Part shown: piece by piece, positions 23,301 through 32,368 of the stretch | Layout of the letters: each line of letters starts with the position of its first letter | Position numbering within the stretch: the stretch's first letter is position 1 | NCBI GenBank assembly: GCA_004022145.1 | Contig: RCNU01000002.1 | DNA from: Paecilomyces variotii | Lineage: Eukaryota | Reading direction: 5' to 3' (one strand) | Length of the DNA stretch: 64,000 bases | Made by a program: the position numbers and the translations under genes | Notes under the pieces: generated by a model | Databases searched by the model: none | Seen by the model: the letters and a program-made list of their open reading frames with translations, nothing else | Told to the model about the DNA's origin: nothing

Positions 23301-26300
23301 TCGCTTTCTCTGGACTACCAGACCGAGAGACGGGTCGAAGGGTCTATCGGGGACGAAGAGACGGAGCAGAACCATTGCCAATTGCACAGTGACCTTTCCG
23401 ACCTCATGGATGTCGTCAGTCAAGGACCGCACCCCGACAGTCAGAGAATGGAGACATGGTGACAGGAAATTCTGAGCAATGTCCCTGAAATAATGACCAG
23501 AAGGTAAAGCTGCGTTCAGCTGAAGTTGCGGGATAGACTGGCCTTCATACGAGCCACTTGTCTCTACCATTCGAAGGGCGGCTGTGAGATGTTCCAAGTA
23601 GATAGCCTCAAAAAACTCTTGATGGCATACTAGTAACTCCAAAGCAAGTCTTGCCAATGCCCGCACAAGAACATTCGACGGACCCACTGCAATTTCGTTG
23701 GTACTCGAGGCTAGTGCCTGAGCAAGAGCATTGCACTCAATGCTCAAGAAATCCATCTGACCGAGGGTGGTGTTCCCGACGGAAGTAAGCCTTTCCAGAG
23801 TAGACAGTGAGAGTGTGCCACTCAAGCTCAGAGCATGTTTGGCGGGAATCCCTGACCCTGAGAACATCGAAAGCTTATGCAAGAGATCAGGTACATAGGA
23901 TTGGATGTTTGACATATCTGCTGGTCGTGCAGGACGACTTGCTAGTAGCGAGACACTCCCTCGAGATATGAGACCAACACTTCCTGTGTTGCGTGGTACT
24001 GACAAGTCGTGATATTGGCATATCGTCTCGAATTGAGTGGAGAAATAGGGTTCTTGGAGAGACTCGAAATGTTGCACGGCAGTTGCTAGCTCCTTTACGA
24101 CTTGCTTGAGACCCGGGACGAGAATTTGGCCCTCAGCTGCGCCGAGGATGATAGACCGTTGCGCATCGATCAGAGATTCTCTCACTTTACTTAGTTGAGA
24201 TAGCGGCACGCGAGTCTTGACAGCGATAGCCGTGAATTCAGAGACAACCTGCTCCAAATCAAGGAGAGATTGTAATTGCTCCTCACTGGCAGGAGTAGCA
24301 GGTCTCCAAGAGTCCCACATTTTCTGCATGCTAAGCCCTGTGGTTAATGCCCATTCAGCATGAAAATGGCTGATCGACTGGGCTAGAATCAATGAAATTG
24401 GCCTGACCAACGATCCATGATTCTGGAGGCTAGATGCTAGTTCTTGTCCAATCTGTAGGTAAGTCTGGAATTCGCCGTCGTCCAAGTCTGTGACTTGTGT
24501 TGCTGCAAAGAAATCCCAGCAAAGGTGTATGACTGACCTCAGGGCGGTCACGACAAACGAGTCACCTATAGCAATGTCACCCAGATTCCGTATATGATCG
24601 TGAAGCGCCTGGCAGCACTCAATTAGGAATGGGCCGACTGGTTGCGTGGAATCTTTCATAAGTGCCTGTACTCGTCCCGATGCCAACGACCGCTCCAGAC
24701 GCGTCATCTGAGAGGGCTTGAGCGATCTGCTTGATTCATTGGCATGGGCTAGGCTCTGTTGTAAGCGGTAGAGGTCAAGCATGATCTCCTGCAAGAAAGC
24801 CAGGCCGACGAATCGAGAAGGATCCATATTAATACTTGCAATCGACAACAGAGGCTCGTTAACTAGTGGATGGATAGGCTGGGGGCTTCCTTTCGTAAGC
24901 AGAGACATGGCTCCCGAAGACATATCTCCAAGCAAAGGCTTGCTGTCGAATAGCTGAAAGTGATCACCCAGGTTCCAAGACCGGCGTTCCTCCATCACGC
25001 AAGTATAGCGTTGGACTATGGAAGTGACCTGAGATCCCATAGATGAGCTAAGGTTATTAGGCACGAACGTCTTCAGAGCGCGTGCGAGAAGTGTAAGATC
25101 ACGGATAGATAAATGATCCAAACGGACTTCATAGGACATCAGGTCAAGGTCATTAGAGAATGTTGCCACATCGATATTCCAAACCGGGCGTAGGCGGTAT
25201 AACGCAGACTCGCAGGTATAGGCGGGCATCTGAGACTGCAAAGAGCCATCCATCGGTGCTGATAGGAAGCAGATCTCGATAGACCTGTTCCGCATCGCGC
25301 GTGACAACTCTCCGTTGCGCGGGTCCATGGTAAGGAATAGTCTGAAATTCGGATGGGGTTTGAGGACCCTCGCCGATCCGTCCTCCGTTCGCTGCTCATT
25401 CAGAACCAGGTACCCATTTGGCTCCATAAGAGAATTGAGTCGATCAAGAACGGAAGGGTTACAAAGATTGGCATTATCCAGAACAACCCATTTTCCCTGT
25501 TGAATAGCCTGGGTTAACACTCCTTCGGTCCACTGAAAGCCCACTTTTTCTGATTGCCTTGACAGTCTCAGTAATGTCTCGCCCTGTTTGACGTAGTCAT
25601 CAAGCCCTGAAGATGGGTAACTTCGCAGCAGGATAGACAGTGAAGTTAGGAGTTCCTCTAGCGAGGGACTTTCTGTCTTGCAAAGTTGGTATACTTGCAG
25701 AAAGTCAGACGGGAAGTGGAGAACATCAGGCGCAGAATAGGCTGTGATGATGTGACACTGGAGGAACACGGCCAGATCATCGATAAAGGAGAGGATTTCT
25801 CTTCTGAAGTCAATCTGTTCGAAACCTCCAATAAGATCCATAGTGTCTGTATCCGCACTCAGTGCTAGCTCAATCAGTTGGGCGCCATTGATAGCTGCAA
25901 GTTTACGCAGCACTGTTGTCTTGCCACACCCAGAAGGACCGACCAAAATACTTGGCCACGTTTGTTCTATGCAAAGAATCAAAGACTGGAGGACAGAGAG
26001 ATCTCTGGGAATAATTCTCAAGCGTGGTTCGAAGAAGCGTTGCAGAACATGATCTCTTTGCATGACACCGAAACCAACCTGTAAGTAACTCGGAGAGAGA
26101 TTGTGGTAATATGTTGGCGTATCAGGGTTTTCTCCAAAAACATTCCTGTAGAGCTGGGAGACCAAAGATCGATCCTCTTCCGTGCGGAACCTCTGACTGA
26201 TAACGACGTCAAGGAAATGACGGGTATGGATCTGTAGACTGCCTCGGTGAGTCAATTGAAGCCATCTGGAAATATCACGCAAGTTGATCTCCCAAGGGCC

Positions 26301-29300
26301 TCCAATTGCTCCTAGACGCCTGTCCCGGGATATGCTAGCATTTAACAAGGATACGAAGTTAATTAGCTTATCAGTCTGCTCCGGCGGGCTGCCAGGAAAT
26401 AGTTTGGTGCAAATCCGGTTCAAGTCAGTGTCGCTGAAAGAATCGGCATATACCACAGTAAACCGGTTAACGAAAGATGCCGGGAGACCTTTCCTCCCAC
26501 CGCCTTGGTGATGAGGGTTCTGTGCCGCAAATAGGACAAAGTCCGGATGCCGCTTGAAAGTCTGATCCAGTTCAGCAATGTACACTTGCTGTCGATGGTC
26601 CAGACACGAGTTTAAACCCTCGAGAACCGATTGGGATGCCAGATTCATCTCGTCTAGGAGGACCCAGCCGCCGCGCTGCATAGCTCGTAGGAAAGGTGCG
26701 TCCCGCCAACTGAATTGTCCAACGTCACCACCTTCGACAGGCACGTCTGAACCAAACAGATCTGTAAGATCTGTCTGGTCAGAAAGGTTAATTCTCGTGA
26801 GGGGTTTTCCGAGTGCTCTGGCGAGAGCCGCGACGAGGGTAGTTTTACCAACACCTGGACTACCCTCGAGAAGGATCGGCTTTGACGACTGCAGACCTCG
26901 TGCGATTCTAATCGAATTTGCAATGGTCGTGGGAGCATCCATTATAAATTCGGGGTCAGGGGTCGAATCCGCTCCCATGGGAAGACGGAAAGGCCCAACA
27001 CGGAGAAAGCCATCTTCGACAGCCACGGTCGCAGTCTGATGGTATACGGGAGAAGCCTCGAAACCAAATAGCTCAGACAATTTCCTAAGGCAAATGTCGC
27101 GGCTCTTCACTAGATTGTCAGAGGCTACAGAGAGCATGGCGGCAGGGTTCGCTCCGAGCGTGTCAATGTATACCATGGCAGCGCCATGCACAACCGCAAA
27201 CGCGAGATCGGAGTAAGATGATGATTTGTTGACGAAGTCAACCCAGGCTAGGACATCACGGATCGAAATTGAATTGGCCGAAGAGTTCTGAAAGACGGAT
27301 TTAAACCATTTTGCGAACTCCAACATTGCTTTCGGTATACTTTCGGGTACTGGGACAAGTTTGGATGTCAGAATCGGCAAGAGGTCTTCATCTTCTGAGA
27401 GTTGCGGTGCCCATATTTCCGTCAGTCGATTCCTAAGCGCTGCTGAAAGTTCCTTCTTTCCGTAATCGCCTCCCGGGTTCATCGTGGCTAAAAACTGGAA
27501 GCCCTCATCTGCGACGACCAAAGAGTCGATAGGACCTTTCTCGGCAAGGAGCAATGTCCTAGAAGGCTCAAGGACACTGTTGAGCCTTTCAAGAACAGAG
27601 TCATCGGCTAGAGAGATTTCATCGAGAAGGAAATATTGTCCTGTTTTCATGGCTGATACTAGGCTTCCATCAGACCATTCGAATAGTGCATTAGACCTGG
27701 CGAAGTTCCTCCTAATGCGCTGCAACAGTTCAGGACTACATGCTTGCAGTTGCTCTGGGCTGGTTGCCAAATAAAGCTTCTTTAGATCGTTCAGAGATTT
27801 GTCTTCGACGTCGCTGTCCAGTCCTGGTACTGTCTTGAGCATGACCTGAAGATCTTGGAATAGCTGCTTTTCAATAGCAGCCCTGTTTCTCAAGGGCCTC
27901 TGTGCACCAATTAGATCGCCAGTCTCCATGTTTACATGAGCATTGACAATGAACAATTCTCTCGCATGAGCCTCTGCAATGGCTTGGCAAAGCTGCGTCT
28001 TGCCGCAACCAGTCTCACCAACAAGGAGTACGGGCTCGTTGTTTTCAATTGCCTTCGAAACCAATATGAACAGACGCCTCATAGCTCTCGTCCAAACGAT
28101 ACCGGTGGGAGGACGCTTAGCTCCGCGGAAACACTGCTCCAGCTGAGAGGGGCCGTATATAGCATCTTCGTCAATCGGAACTCTCATAACATCCTCAATG
28201 ACTTTCTTTACGGCCTCTCTCTCCTGTGGGTTTCGAACTCGTTCTGCAAGCAGCATAAAGCCGTTTAGCGCCAGTTGTTCACGGGTGTCAGCTCTTCGAA
28301 GGGCCCAGCGGAAAAGATCACGAAGGGTTGCGAAACTATTTTTCTGTTCGAACAGTCGATTAGACTGCCGGAGGACAGAAAGCTTCTGATAAACTGAAAC
28401 GATCCGGCTGCAAAAAGAGGGTGCAATCTGCGATCTCTCTTTCAAGATATATTCCAATTCACTCTCTGGGATATCGTCGAAATGGAGCTCGAGGAAACGG
28501 TTGCGAAACGCTCGCGATAACACCTTCCGTCCACCGTAGAGACCCGCAGGATTCTGCGTGGCGAAAAGCATGAAGTTCGCATGTGGATGAACGACCTCCT
28601 GCGTCTCTGGGATAAAAAGTTCTCTGTTGTCATCAAGGAGACGATTCAACGCCTCTAGAACGTCCGAGGGGGCTAGATTGAGCTCGTCCAGCACGATCCA
28701 GTAACCATTTCTAAGCGCTTCAACAAGAATTCCTTCCTGATAGCGCAGGGTACCATCATCGCCCGAGACGTAGGACCCGAGATACTCTTGAAGATCGGTA
28801 TGCTCATGATTGTTGATGCGGACAAATTTATTCCCGGAGATCTTTGCAAGATATTCGATCATACTGGTCTTACCGGCAGAAGTCGGACCCTGAATCAGAA
28901 TGGGGAATCGTCGTGTGGAGCTAGCCCTGACCAGGTTCTTCAGGTTCTTTTCAATGTAAGGTGTAATAATATAATGAGGCTGCTCCTCGGCGTTAAAGGG
29001 TCCCTTCCGCATCCAGTAGTGCTTAAACTGCACATACTCTCTGCCGTCGTAGGGAGGACGAGGAGTCTGGCCCAGAAGCGACCTCGCGTTCTTCGCAGAC
29101 CCAAATATATGCTTCTCAAGAATTGGCATAAGGAGACGCTCCGATTCTTGACTAAGAACCGTGAGAAAACTCATGCTGAAGCCCTCAAACATGGATCGAC
29201 GGAGACCATATATTTGAGCATGATCGATAACGTAGATCAGGGTCCGCACAAGGGTACGGATACTGAAATGCGGCTTCTGCCCAGCTCCGTCTGTTAATCT

Positions 29301-32102
29301 GTTCTCAGCGTTCAACTTTTTGGCTTCCATGTACAAGTGCGCAAGATCCGCCGCCGCTCTGAGGTCACTGATTGTCAGGTCCCCTAGGTATGTTTGCACC
29401 AAACCCAGCAGATCGTCCAACTCGCCATCGGGAGAGTGTACGTAGATTTCTGTGAATCGAGACCGTAGACTAGGCGCCAAATCTCGCTTTCCAGCATCGG
29501 TAGCAGGATTCATAGCGCCAAATATACGGAAATCAGGGTGTCCAACAACTCTTTCCACATCACCAGCTTCTGACAACAGAACCGAAGGCGATCCTTCACT
29601 GCCGTGGTGGAGGAGACTGGCGATGTTCTCCAGCGTATCAGGTGATGCCAGGTTGATCTCATCAAGGAGAACCCATTCTCCGTTCCTAAGTGCCCGAACA
29701 ATCTTACCTTGAACGAAGGCGAAGGTGAATTTCGTGTCGCCTTGCGCAACCTGCGCCTCGAAATCACCAAGCTGGGTAGCAAATACTTCCCATTTCTTTC
29801 TAAGACCTTGATACTTGGGCGAGTCAAGCTTTCTCTTCTTTGAAGGTTGCTCTCGACTGTCTTCGTGGTCTTGAGAAGACCGAGAGGGGCCGAATATACC
29901 GTTCGCCATACGAACAGCTTCATGCCACAGAGTGACAAGGCGGGTCCAGTTCCCTGCCGCTACACTTTTGGCAACAGAAGAAAGGAATTTCTGATTCTTC
30001 TTAGCCGAGAAAGTCATTTCGAAGAGCTGGTTGAATTCATCGAGCATCGGGACAGCCATAGAGCGAATATTTACCGGCTTGAAGCCACCAAGGAGGTCAG
30101 TGCTCTCACTCTGTTGCGACAGGTTCACAACAGTCAGCTTTTGCCGCATTAATGTCGCGAGCTGTTGGATCACTGCAGTTTTCCCGATACCAGTCTCTCC
30201 AACCAGCAGTAAGGGCTCAGCCATCTGAATTGCGGCTGCAGCCTGTTCCATGGTCTTCAGGGCTGGTCTGGTAGGAGCGAATCGGTTGGACGTTCTCGAC
30301 TTGGATCCGGTTGGAATTCTGAGTTTCTGGCATCGCTCTCTGCCGAGCTGAAGGCTGTTACCGCTATCAGAATACGCCGGTGTGCGCTCATGAAGGCAGA
30401 AATGGGCTCGCTGCGGGGATACGTGCAGAGCTTCGGCAACAACAGCGGCCAGTGAGTCTTGGACAGTCCTGTCCGGCAAATACTTGATGAACACATCAAC
30501 AGTATCCATAAAGATGTCATCCTGCAAGCTCTCAGGAGTCGCCTCATGTCCAGACCTGATGCCTAGCTGCTCCAGCCGCCTATGCGATCGTTCACAGAGC
30601 TTGATGAGGTCTCGAAGACCCGGACTTCTACCCTGTGAGCTTCTCAAGGCAAGGCTTCCGCGGAAGGCTGAGCATATACGGGTGTAGACATCCATGAGCA
30701 CCGGCACCCTTGTCGATAGAAGAGGGAACTTCTCCGTTATGATGTCTCTGATCTCATCCATGTCTGGAGAATTTACCCGAACTTTCTCCCATAGTCTGCT
30801 TCCAAGCATGGCTGTACTAGGCATAACTTCTTCGCCTGTGGTGTTCAGCGAGGTCTTCATTGTCGCAATGATCCTGAATCCATCCGCGCACTTTATCCGT
30901 TCTCTTCTGGACGGGATGATCAACTCCCCTTTCTCGATTACTGGAAGAATGAGACCGATGACCTCAGAAGGAGCTCGCTCCAAATCCTCGATCAATACCC
31001 AACGTCCCTCTCTTGCTGCCTTCGTGAGGACACCAGGTTGCCACGTAAAGGACCCTGTGACAGAAGAGGTGGCATACATTCCAAGAAGACTTTTCGCATC
31101 AGTCTGCTCGTTCAAATGCAAGGTGACCATGGAAGCTGCCTGGCCCATCAATCCAGCGACATGGTTGACCAAGGAAGTCTTTCCAGAGTTAGACAGGCCC
31201 GTCAGAAGCAAAGGGCGCGGAAGAAGCAATGATCGGGCGATTCTTCGAAGATTATCCACTGCTGTAGGAACGTGCACTAGAGGCGACTGTCCGGACGATG
31301 CTTCCTGCAGTCTGGGGACGAGGATACCACAGATATCTGCGGTACGACTCTTGAAGCTCCCCCGCAAAGACTCTACTTGGGACAGAGAATCCGGCTCTGA
31401 TCGATTCAGCCGCACCTCGTGAAGGCGCTTCTCCAGTGTCTGCCATCGTCGCTCTTCCCACAAGCTCAAAAAGCGGTAGTCAACCACGACGTCCTCCCAC
31501 GTTTCTTCGATGGGCTCATCACCAACATGGGCGCTAATCATCCTCTCTGTTGCCATGTCGGCAGCACGCATGTAAATGCAGAAGCAGCGCACCGCCAAAT
31601 ACCGTACGCATCGGTTACCATGTTGGAATAACGACTGCAGTTGCAACGGCGACACTCCAGTTGAAAAAGCCTCTGGGTCGAATGACAAGAGTCGAAATAT
31701 CGCAAGAAGCAACGTACGCAATGTAGCAGCGTCTAGATCATCTAGACTGCTTCCCTTTGCCACGGCCAAAGCCGGTAAAAGTCCATCTTGGGATGATATG
31801 TACTGACTTGCAAGGGTTCTCAAATAAGGCGCAAATGGTAATATCCGTGAAAATGCCGATAGAATGCGTGTGTAGTGGGACTGGGAATCTGCACCAAGCC
31901 ATCGTGCTGCTAAGTCGACAAAAATCGGCTCGTACAATGCAAAAATTCCCTCCGTACATGACGGTTCTAGAGCGCCCAGCGCAAGCGCGTCTAGAAATTG
32001 GGAGCCTGACACAGTCCGAATAAGCTGCGCCAGCTCATTCGGAAGCCGCTGAAAAACTTCAGACTCTGAAAGAGTCGCCTCATAGGCAGGTCGACCATCC
32101 AT
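17352..32102 (-). CDS. MDN1: Midasin (Rea1/Mdn1), AAA+ ATPase of 60S ribosome maturation, intronless
   Basis: Open frame of ~4916 aa from ATG 32102. Six AAA modules (GLSNSGKT, GETGIGKT, GPTSAGKT, GETGCGKT, GSPGVGKT, GPSGCGKT; LLDEINLA-type Walker B motifs), long helical linker, D/E-rich tail, and MIDAS/VWA domain (VDDSKSM). Confidence 0.98.
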   Translation of the reverse strand: MDGRPAYEATLSESEVFQRLPNELAQLIRTVSGSQFLDALALGALEPSCTEGIFALYEPIFVDLAARWLGADSQSHYTRILSAFSRILPFAPYLRTLASQYISSQDGLLPALAVAKGSSLDDLDAATLRTLLLAIFRLLSFDPEAFSTGVSPLQLQSLFQHGNRCVRYLAVRCFCIYMRAADMATERMISAHVGDEPIEETWEDVVVDYRFLSLWEERRWQTLEKRLHEVRLNRSEPDSLSQVESLRGSFKSRTADICGILVPRLQEASSGQSPLVHVPTAVDNLRRIARSLLLPRPLLLTGLSNSGKTSLVNHVAGLMGQAASMVTLHLNEQTDAKSLLGMYATSSVTGSFTWQPGVLTKAAREGRWVLIEDLERAPSEVIGLILPVIEKGELIIPSRRERIKCADGFRIIATMKTSLNTTGEEVMPSTAMLGSRLWEKVRVNSPDMDEIRDIITEKFPLLSTRVPVLMDVYTRICSAFRGSLALRSSQGRSPGLRDLIKLCERSHRRLEQLGIRSGHEATPESLQDDIFMDTVDVFIKYLPDRTVQDSLAAVVAEALHVSPQRAHFCLHERTPAYSDSGNSLQLGRERCQKLRIPTGSKSRTSNRFAPTRPALKTMEQAAAAIQMAEPLLLVGETGIGKTAVIQQLATLMRQKLTVVNLSQQSESTDLLGGFKPVNIRSMAVPMLDEFNQLFEMTFSAKKNQKFLSSVAKSVAAGNWTRLVTLWHEAVRMANGIFGPSRSSQDHEDSREQPSKKRKLDSPKYQGLRKKWEVFATQLGDFEAQVAQGDTKFTFAFVQGKIVRALRNGEWVLLDEINLASPDTLENIASLLHHGSEGSPSVLLSEAGDVERVVGHPDFRIFGAMNPATDAGKRDLAPSLRSRFTEIYVHSPDGELDDLLGLVQTYLGDLTISDLRAAADLAHLYMEAKKLNAENRLTDGAGQKPHFSIRTLVRTLIYVIDHAQIYGLRRSMFEGFSMSFLTVLSQESERLLMPILEKHIFGSAKNARSLLGQTPRPPYDGREYVQFKHYWMRKGPFNAEEQPHYIITPYIEKNLKNLVRASSTRRFPILIQGPTSAGKTSMIEYLAKISGNKFVRINNHEHTDLQEYLGSYVSGDDGTLRYQEGILVEALRNGYWIVLDELNLAPSDVLEALNRLLDDNRELFIPETQEVVHPHANFMLFATQNPAGLYGGRKVLSRAFRNRFLELHFDDIPESELEYILKERSQIAPSFCSRIVSVYQKLSVLRQSNRLFEQKNSFATLRDLFRWALRRADTREQLALNGFMLLAERVRNPQEREAVKKVIEDVMRVPIDEDAIYGPSQLEQCFRGAKRPPTGIVWTRAMRRLFILVSKAIENNEPVLLVGETGCGKTQLCQAIAEAHARELFIVNAHVNMETGDLIGAQRPLRNRAAIEKQLFQDLQVMLKTVPGLDSDVEDKSLNDLKKLYLATSPEQLQACSPELLQRIRRNFARSNALFEWSDGSLVSAMKTGQYFLLDEISLADDSVLERLNSVLEPSRTLLLAEKGPIDSLVVADEGFQFLATMNPGGDYGKKELSAALRNRLTEIWAPQLSEDEDLLPILTSKLVPVPESIPKAMLEFAKWFKSVFQNSSANSISIRDVLAWVDFVNKSSSYSDLAFAVVHGAAMVYIDTLGANPAAMLSVASDNLVKSRDICLRKLSELFGFEASPVYHQTATVAVEDGFLRVGPFRLPMGADSTPDPEFIMDAPTTIANSIRIARGLQSSKPILLEGSPGVGKTTLVAALARALGKPLTRINLSDQTDLTDLFGSDVPVEGGDVGQFSWRDAPFLRAMQRGGWVLLDEMNLASQSVLEGLNSCLDHRQQVYIAELDQTFKRHPDFVLFAAQNPHHQGGGRKGLPASFVNRFTVVYADSFSDTDLNRICTKLFPGSPPEQTDKLINFVSLLNASISRDRRLGAIGGPWEINLRDISRWLQLTHRGSLQIHTRHFLDVVISQRFRTEEDRSLVSQLYRNVFGENPDTPTYYHNLSPSYLQVGFGVMQRDHVLQRFFEPRLRIIPRDLSVLQSLILCIEQTWPSILVGPSGCGKTTVLRKLAAINGAQLIELALSADTDTMDLIGGFEQIDFRREILSFIDDLAVFLQCHIITAYSAPDVLHFPSDFLQVYQLCKTESPSLEELLTSLSILLRSYPSSGLDDYVKQGETLLRLSRQSEKVGFQWTEGVLTQAIQQGKWVVLDNANLCNPSVLDRLNSLMEPNGYLVLNEQRTEDGSARVLKPHPNFRLFLTMDPRNGELSRAMRNRSIEICFLSAPMDGSLQSQMPAYTCESALYRLRPVWNIDVATFSNDLDLMSYEVRLDHLSIRDLTLLARALKTFVPNNLSSSMGSQVTSIVQRYTCVMEERRSWNLGDHFQLFDSKPLLGDMSSGAMSLLTKGSPQPIHPLVNEPLLSIASINMDPSRFVGLAFLQEIMLDLYRLQQSLAHANESSRSLKPSQMTRLERSLASGRVQALMKDSTQPVGPFLIECCQALHDHIRNLGDIAIGDSFVVTALRSVIHLCWDFFAATQVTDLDDGEFQTYLQIGQELASSLQNHGSLVRPISLILAQSISHFHAEWALTTGLSMQKMWDSWRPATPASEEQLQSLLDLEQVVSEFTAIAVKTRVPLSQLSKVRESLIDAQRSIILGAAEGQILVPGLKQVVKELATAVQHFESLQEPYFSTQFETICQYHDLSVPRNTGSVGLISRGSVSLLASRPARPADMSNIQSYVPDLLHKLSMFSGSGIPAKHALSLSGTLSLSTLERLTSVGNTTLGQMDFLSIECNALAQALASSTNEIAVGPSNVLVRALARLALELLVCHQEFFEAIYLEHLTAALRMVETSGSYEGQSIPQLQLNAALPSGHYFRDIAQNFLSPCLHSLTVGVRSLTDDIHEVGKVTVQLAMVLLRLFVPDRPFDPSLGLVVQRKRHHRRVSELTKRSEAIFAYEREFSGESTNLRNQLLQNELEALGSEPPSSAVTRPQRSQISHLQGEFSNLINSVLLRTMEDNVSEEKSRLLRDNIRQISQRLGTNFRFYDDVTVPVIRFLHLLDLGISLRSSQLPDTSEITNVREISIRTPFLGGQMRTLSRGTRNLKSRNSSHVVELLFHELSILVTTQNTDYSVLRTAVGRDNLRRIFDDFHDLWKEKLKEDQEKEARRTEMYRYRGSLEDSEQADEDELRRLFPTYDSTSDEADTEKIRIDPKSVSLRLAKLHARLFGGQDRKDALKDLVKDSSRLLGSIWSTAQASVSPLGPKSHLPGTFLLLEDAIDGIEHCTPTDYNFYTDSNSAEAKKLVSLVLSIQSRFLQLQMAWPEHAALQDVITCCKEIFEFRHTEPVAKFLTKVEKLHAYVHEWQLVASREYSAASIYDELTNLIISWRRLELSTWAKLLDIEREKCEQDVSSWWFVAYETLFAAPLQMAQAGENLAEHTREVIATLEKFFLSTTMGQYSARLRLVENFRLLLLSYVDEYPVLASFGSALLNFICHFKPFESVLSKALADGRQSLEKDIKQQIQLASWKDTNIAALRESARRSHYKLFKVVKKYRGLLGQPVETVLTQGMPEMSNEGTVVSGNSLRSSPAVSSGALAVCQRKIASWSDRPLRFRDPDATTSNMLRVYSSAMVDLDVSDQLHSFMNDVIETMKELKSQTPKTLTEENKEDVQHLKTRKRRFYAEKLHQLFFMGIRRNVGVNLLEEQASVAQVLATTPDLIATSTSGNLVTNAISYFHRFLDVVPRVRQAAHQYSEELSNVEVSRSVGSIEGLLLLLRKQRDVLSPALSQLGSLESILAKMDNVWTCGSESLSAIQPAVVEEKGSATRTVGWLGPMLGLASVVVEIHSKFSGCNSSKILDGLRAWRDDVDHLRNLLDQLPELPAGLSSPPHDNTFSQARKSIGELKQDLTKWNDERPDLSFVLEQLISWTEVDCSSTTAASMNSDMALADFDGLLLSTADKMFVGLQRVSSALSTLPASTEDRNWLSRSEELFSKAIKEAHLSDIGASLEHVLNEIQRLQKGNDDLSVASALVASVHPIAKQYYIICADLVDRFVSIHRELCKMSYILAKSFAQVASEGFCSPAEASNEQGDTGNLESGTGLGEGEGAEDISKDVQDDEDLSELAQQQNKEDKTEEMESSKDAVDMDQDELEGETGQTEEKEDNEDGASDGEDEENDIDDEVGSVDDLDPNAVDEKLWDGAHEDEQKESENQEGKGVTQPDEQTAAQEKDAKEQGEQTEDQSEDDEEAPEDEGEAVGREDMDVTDPHAKEEDALELPEEMQLDGEEKEGGESDMDDGMDELSDMGPDLDEEQSGAPEDKMDGDDNAEEEPAEADDIGQDEGEEGQDNNEAEGPEEADTTGDEPKEEEQEDILRAQRDENDAAGENVAPSEAVAGGLAAEEDQNDDQGTSGDAQRENGSKDAAENTEQQNGAAEDGQDSKTTRDASGGRDDGKMEGPEQQAFKKLGDMLEQWHRRQQDIKNPSEENQESQALPQDTDMADAEFEHLADQEDVADTQALGQASEEQAKALDQTNAVESEDMKPNGDDTLPDVSGGDEDLPMDAKMDEDTPMVGDMSSADAHTTGTFMATDTRVHESSQDGTGKVEANEELDEVDSQLAAIHLSSTLPPRTSPEEARRLWSHYEAITNNLSLSLTEQLRLILAPTLATKLRGDFRTGKRLNIKRIIPYIASQYKRDKIWMRRSIPSKRNYQIMLAVDDSKSMLESGSGQLAFETLALVAKSLSMLEVGDLCILGFGDEEHVRVAHEFGKPFSSEAGMQVFQQFNYQQTGTNVRKLIADSVALFREARTKRGPSGGNADLWQLELIISDGICEDHDTIRRLVRQAQEERIMVVFIIVDAVKGNSILDLSEASFEPDESGTGEMKLKMKKYLEGFPFPYYLVVRDVRELPAVLAMALKQWFAEVVDTSS

Positions 32103-32368
32103 TTTGGGGCCTGCCACCGAGGGATCTCTTTTTTTCTGTTGAATTTTGAGCAGAACTCTTGTAAGAGCTCTTTTTGTCCGCGGAAACTTTTTTTTGGTAG
32201 GTCTGTTTTTCTGCCGCGATATGTGGCGTCGGTGCCCTCACCGCCCGCATCTAATCGGGGAGCACGAGCCACATCTCCGTATCGGCTCACTCGCCGATCC
32301 GTTCTAGTTATGCTATCGACATCAAGCTCCATGGAGATGGTTGGCGATCCGACACCATATGACAAGCC
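32103..32368. promoter_or_regulatory. Compact bidirectional promoter between MDN1 and the CLC gene
   Basis: 266 bp between divergent ATGs, with T-tracts (CGGAAACTTTTTTTT) on the MDN1 side. Confidence 0.65.

Noticed and set aside
17500..32023. Many antisense and alternate-frame ORFs within midasin
   Set aside because: Shadow ORFs expected from codon bias in a long CDS.
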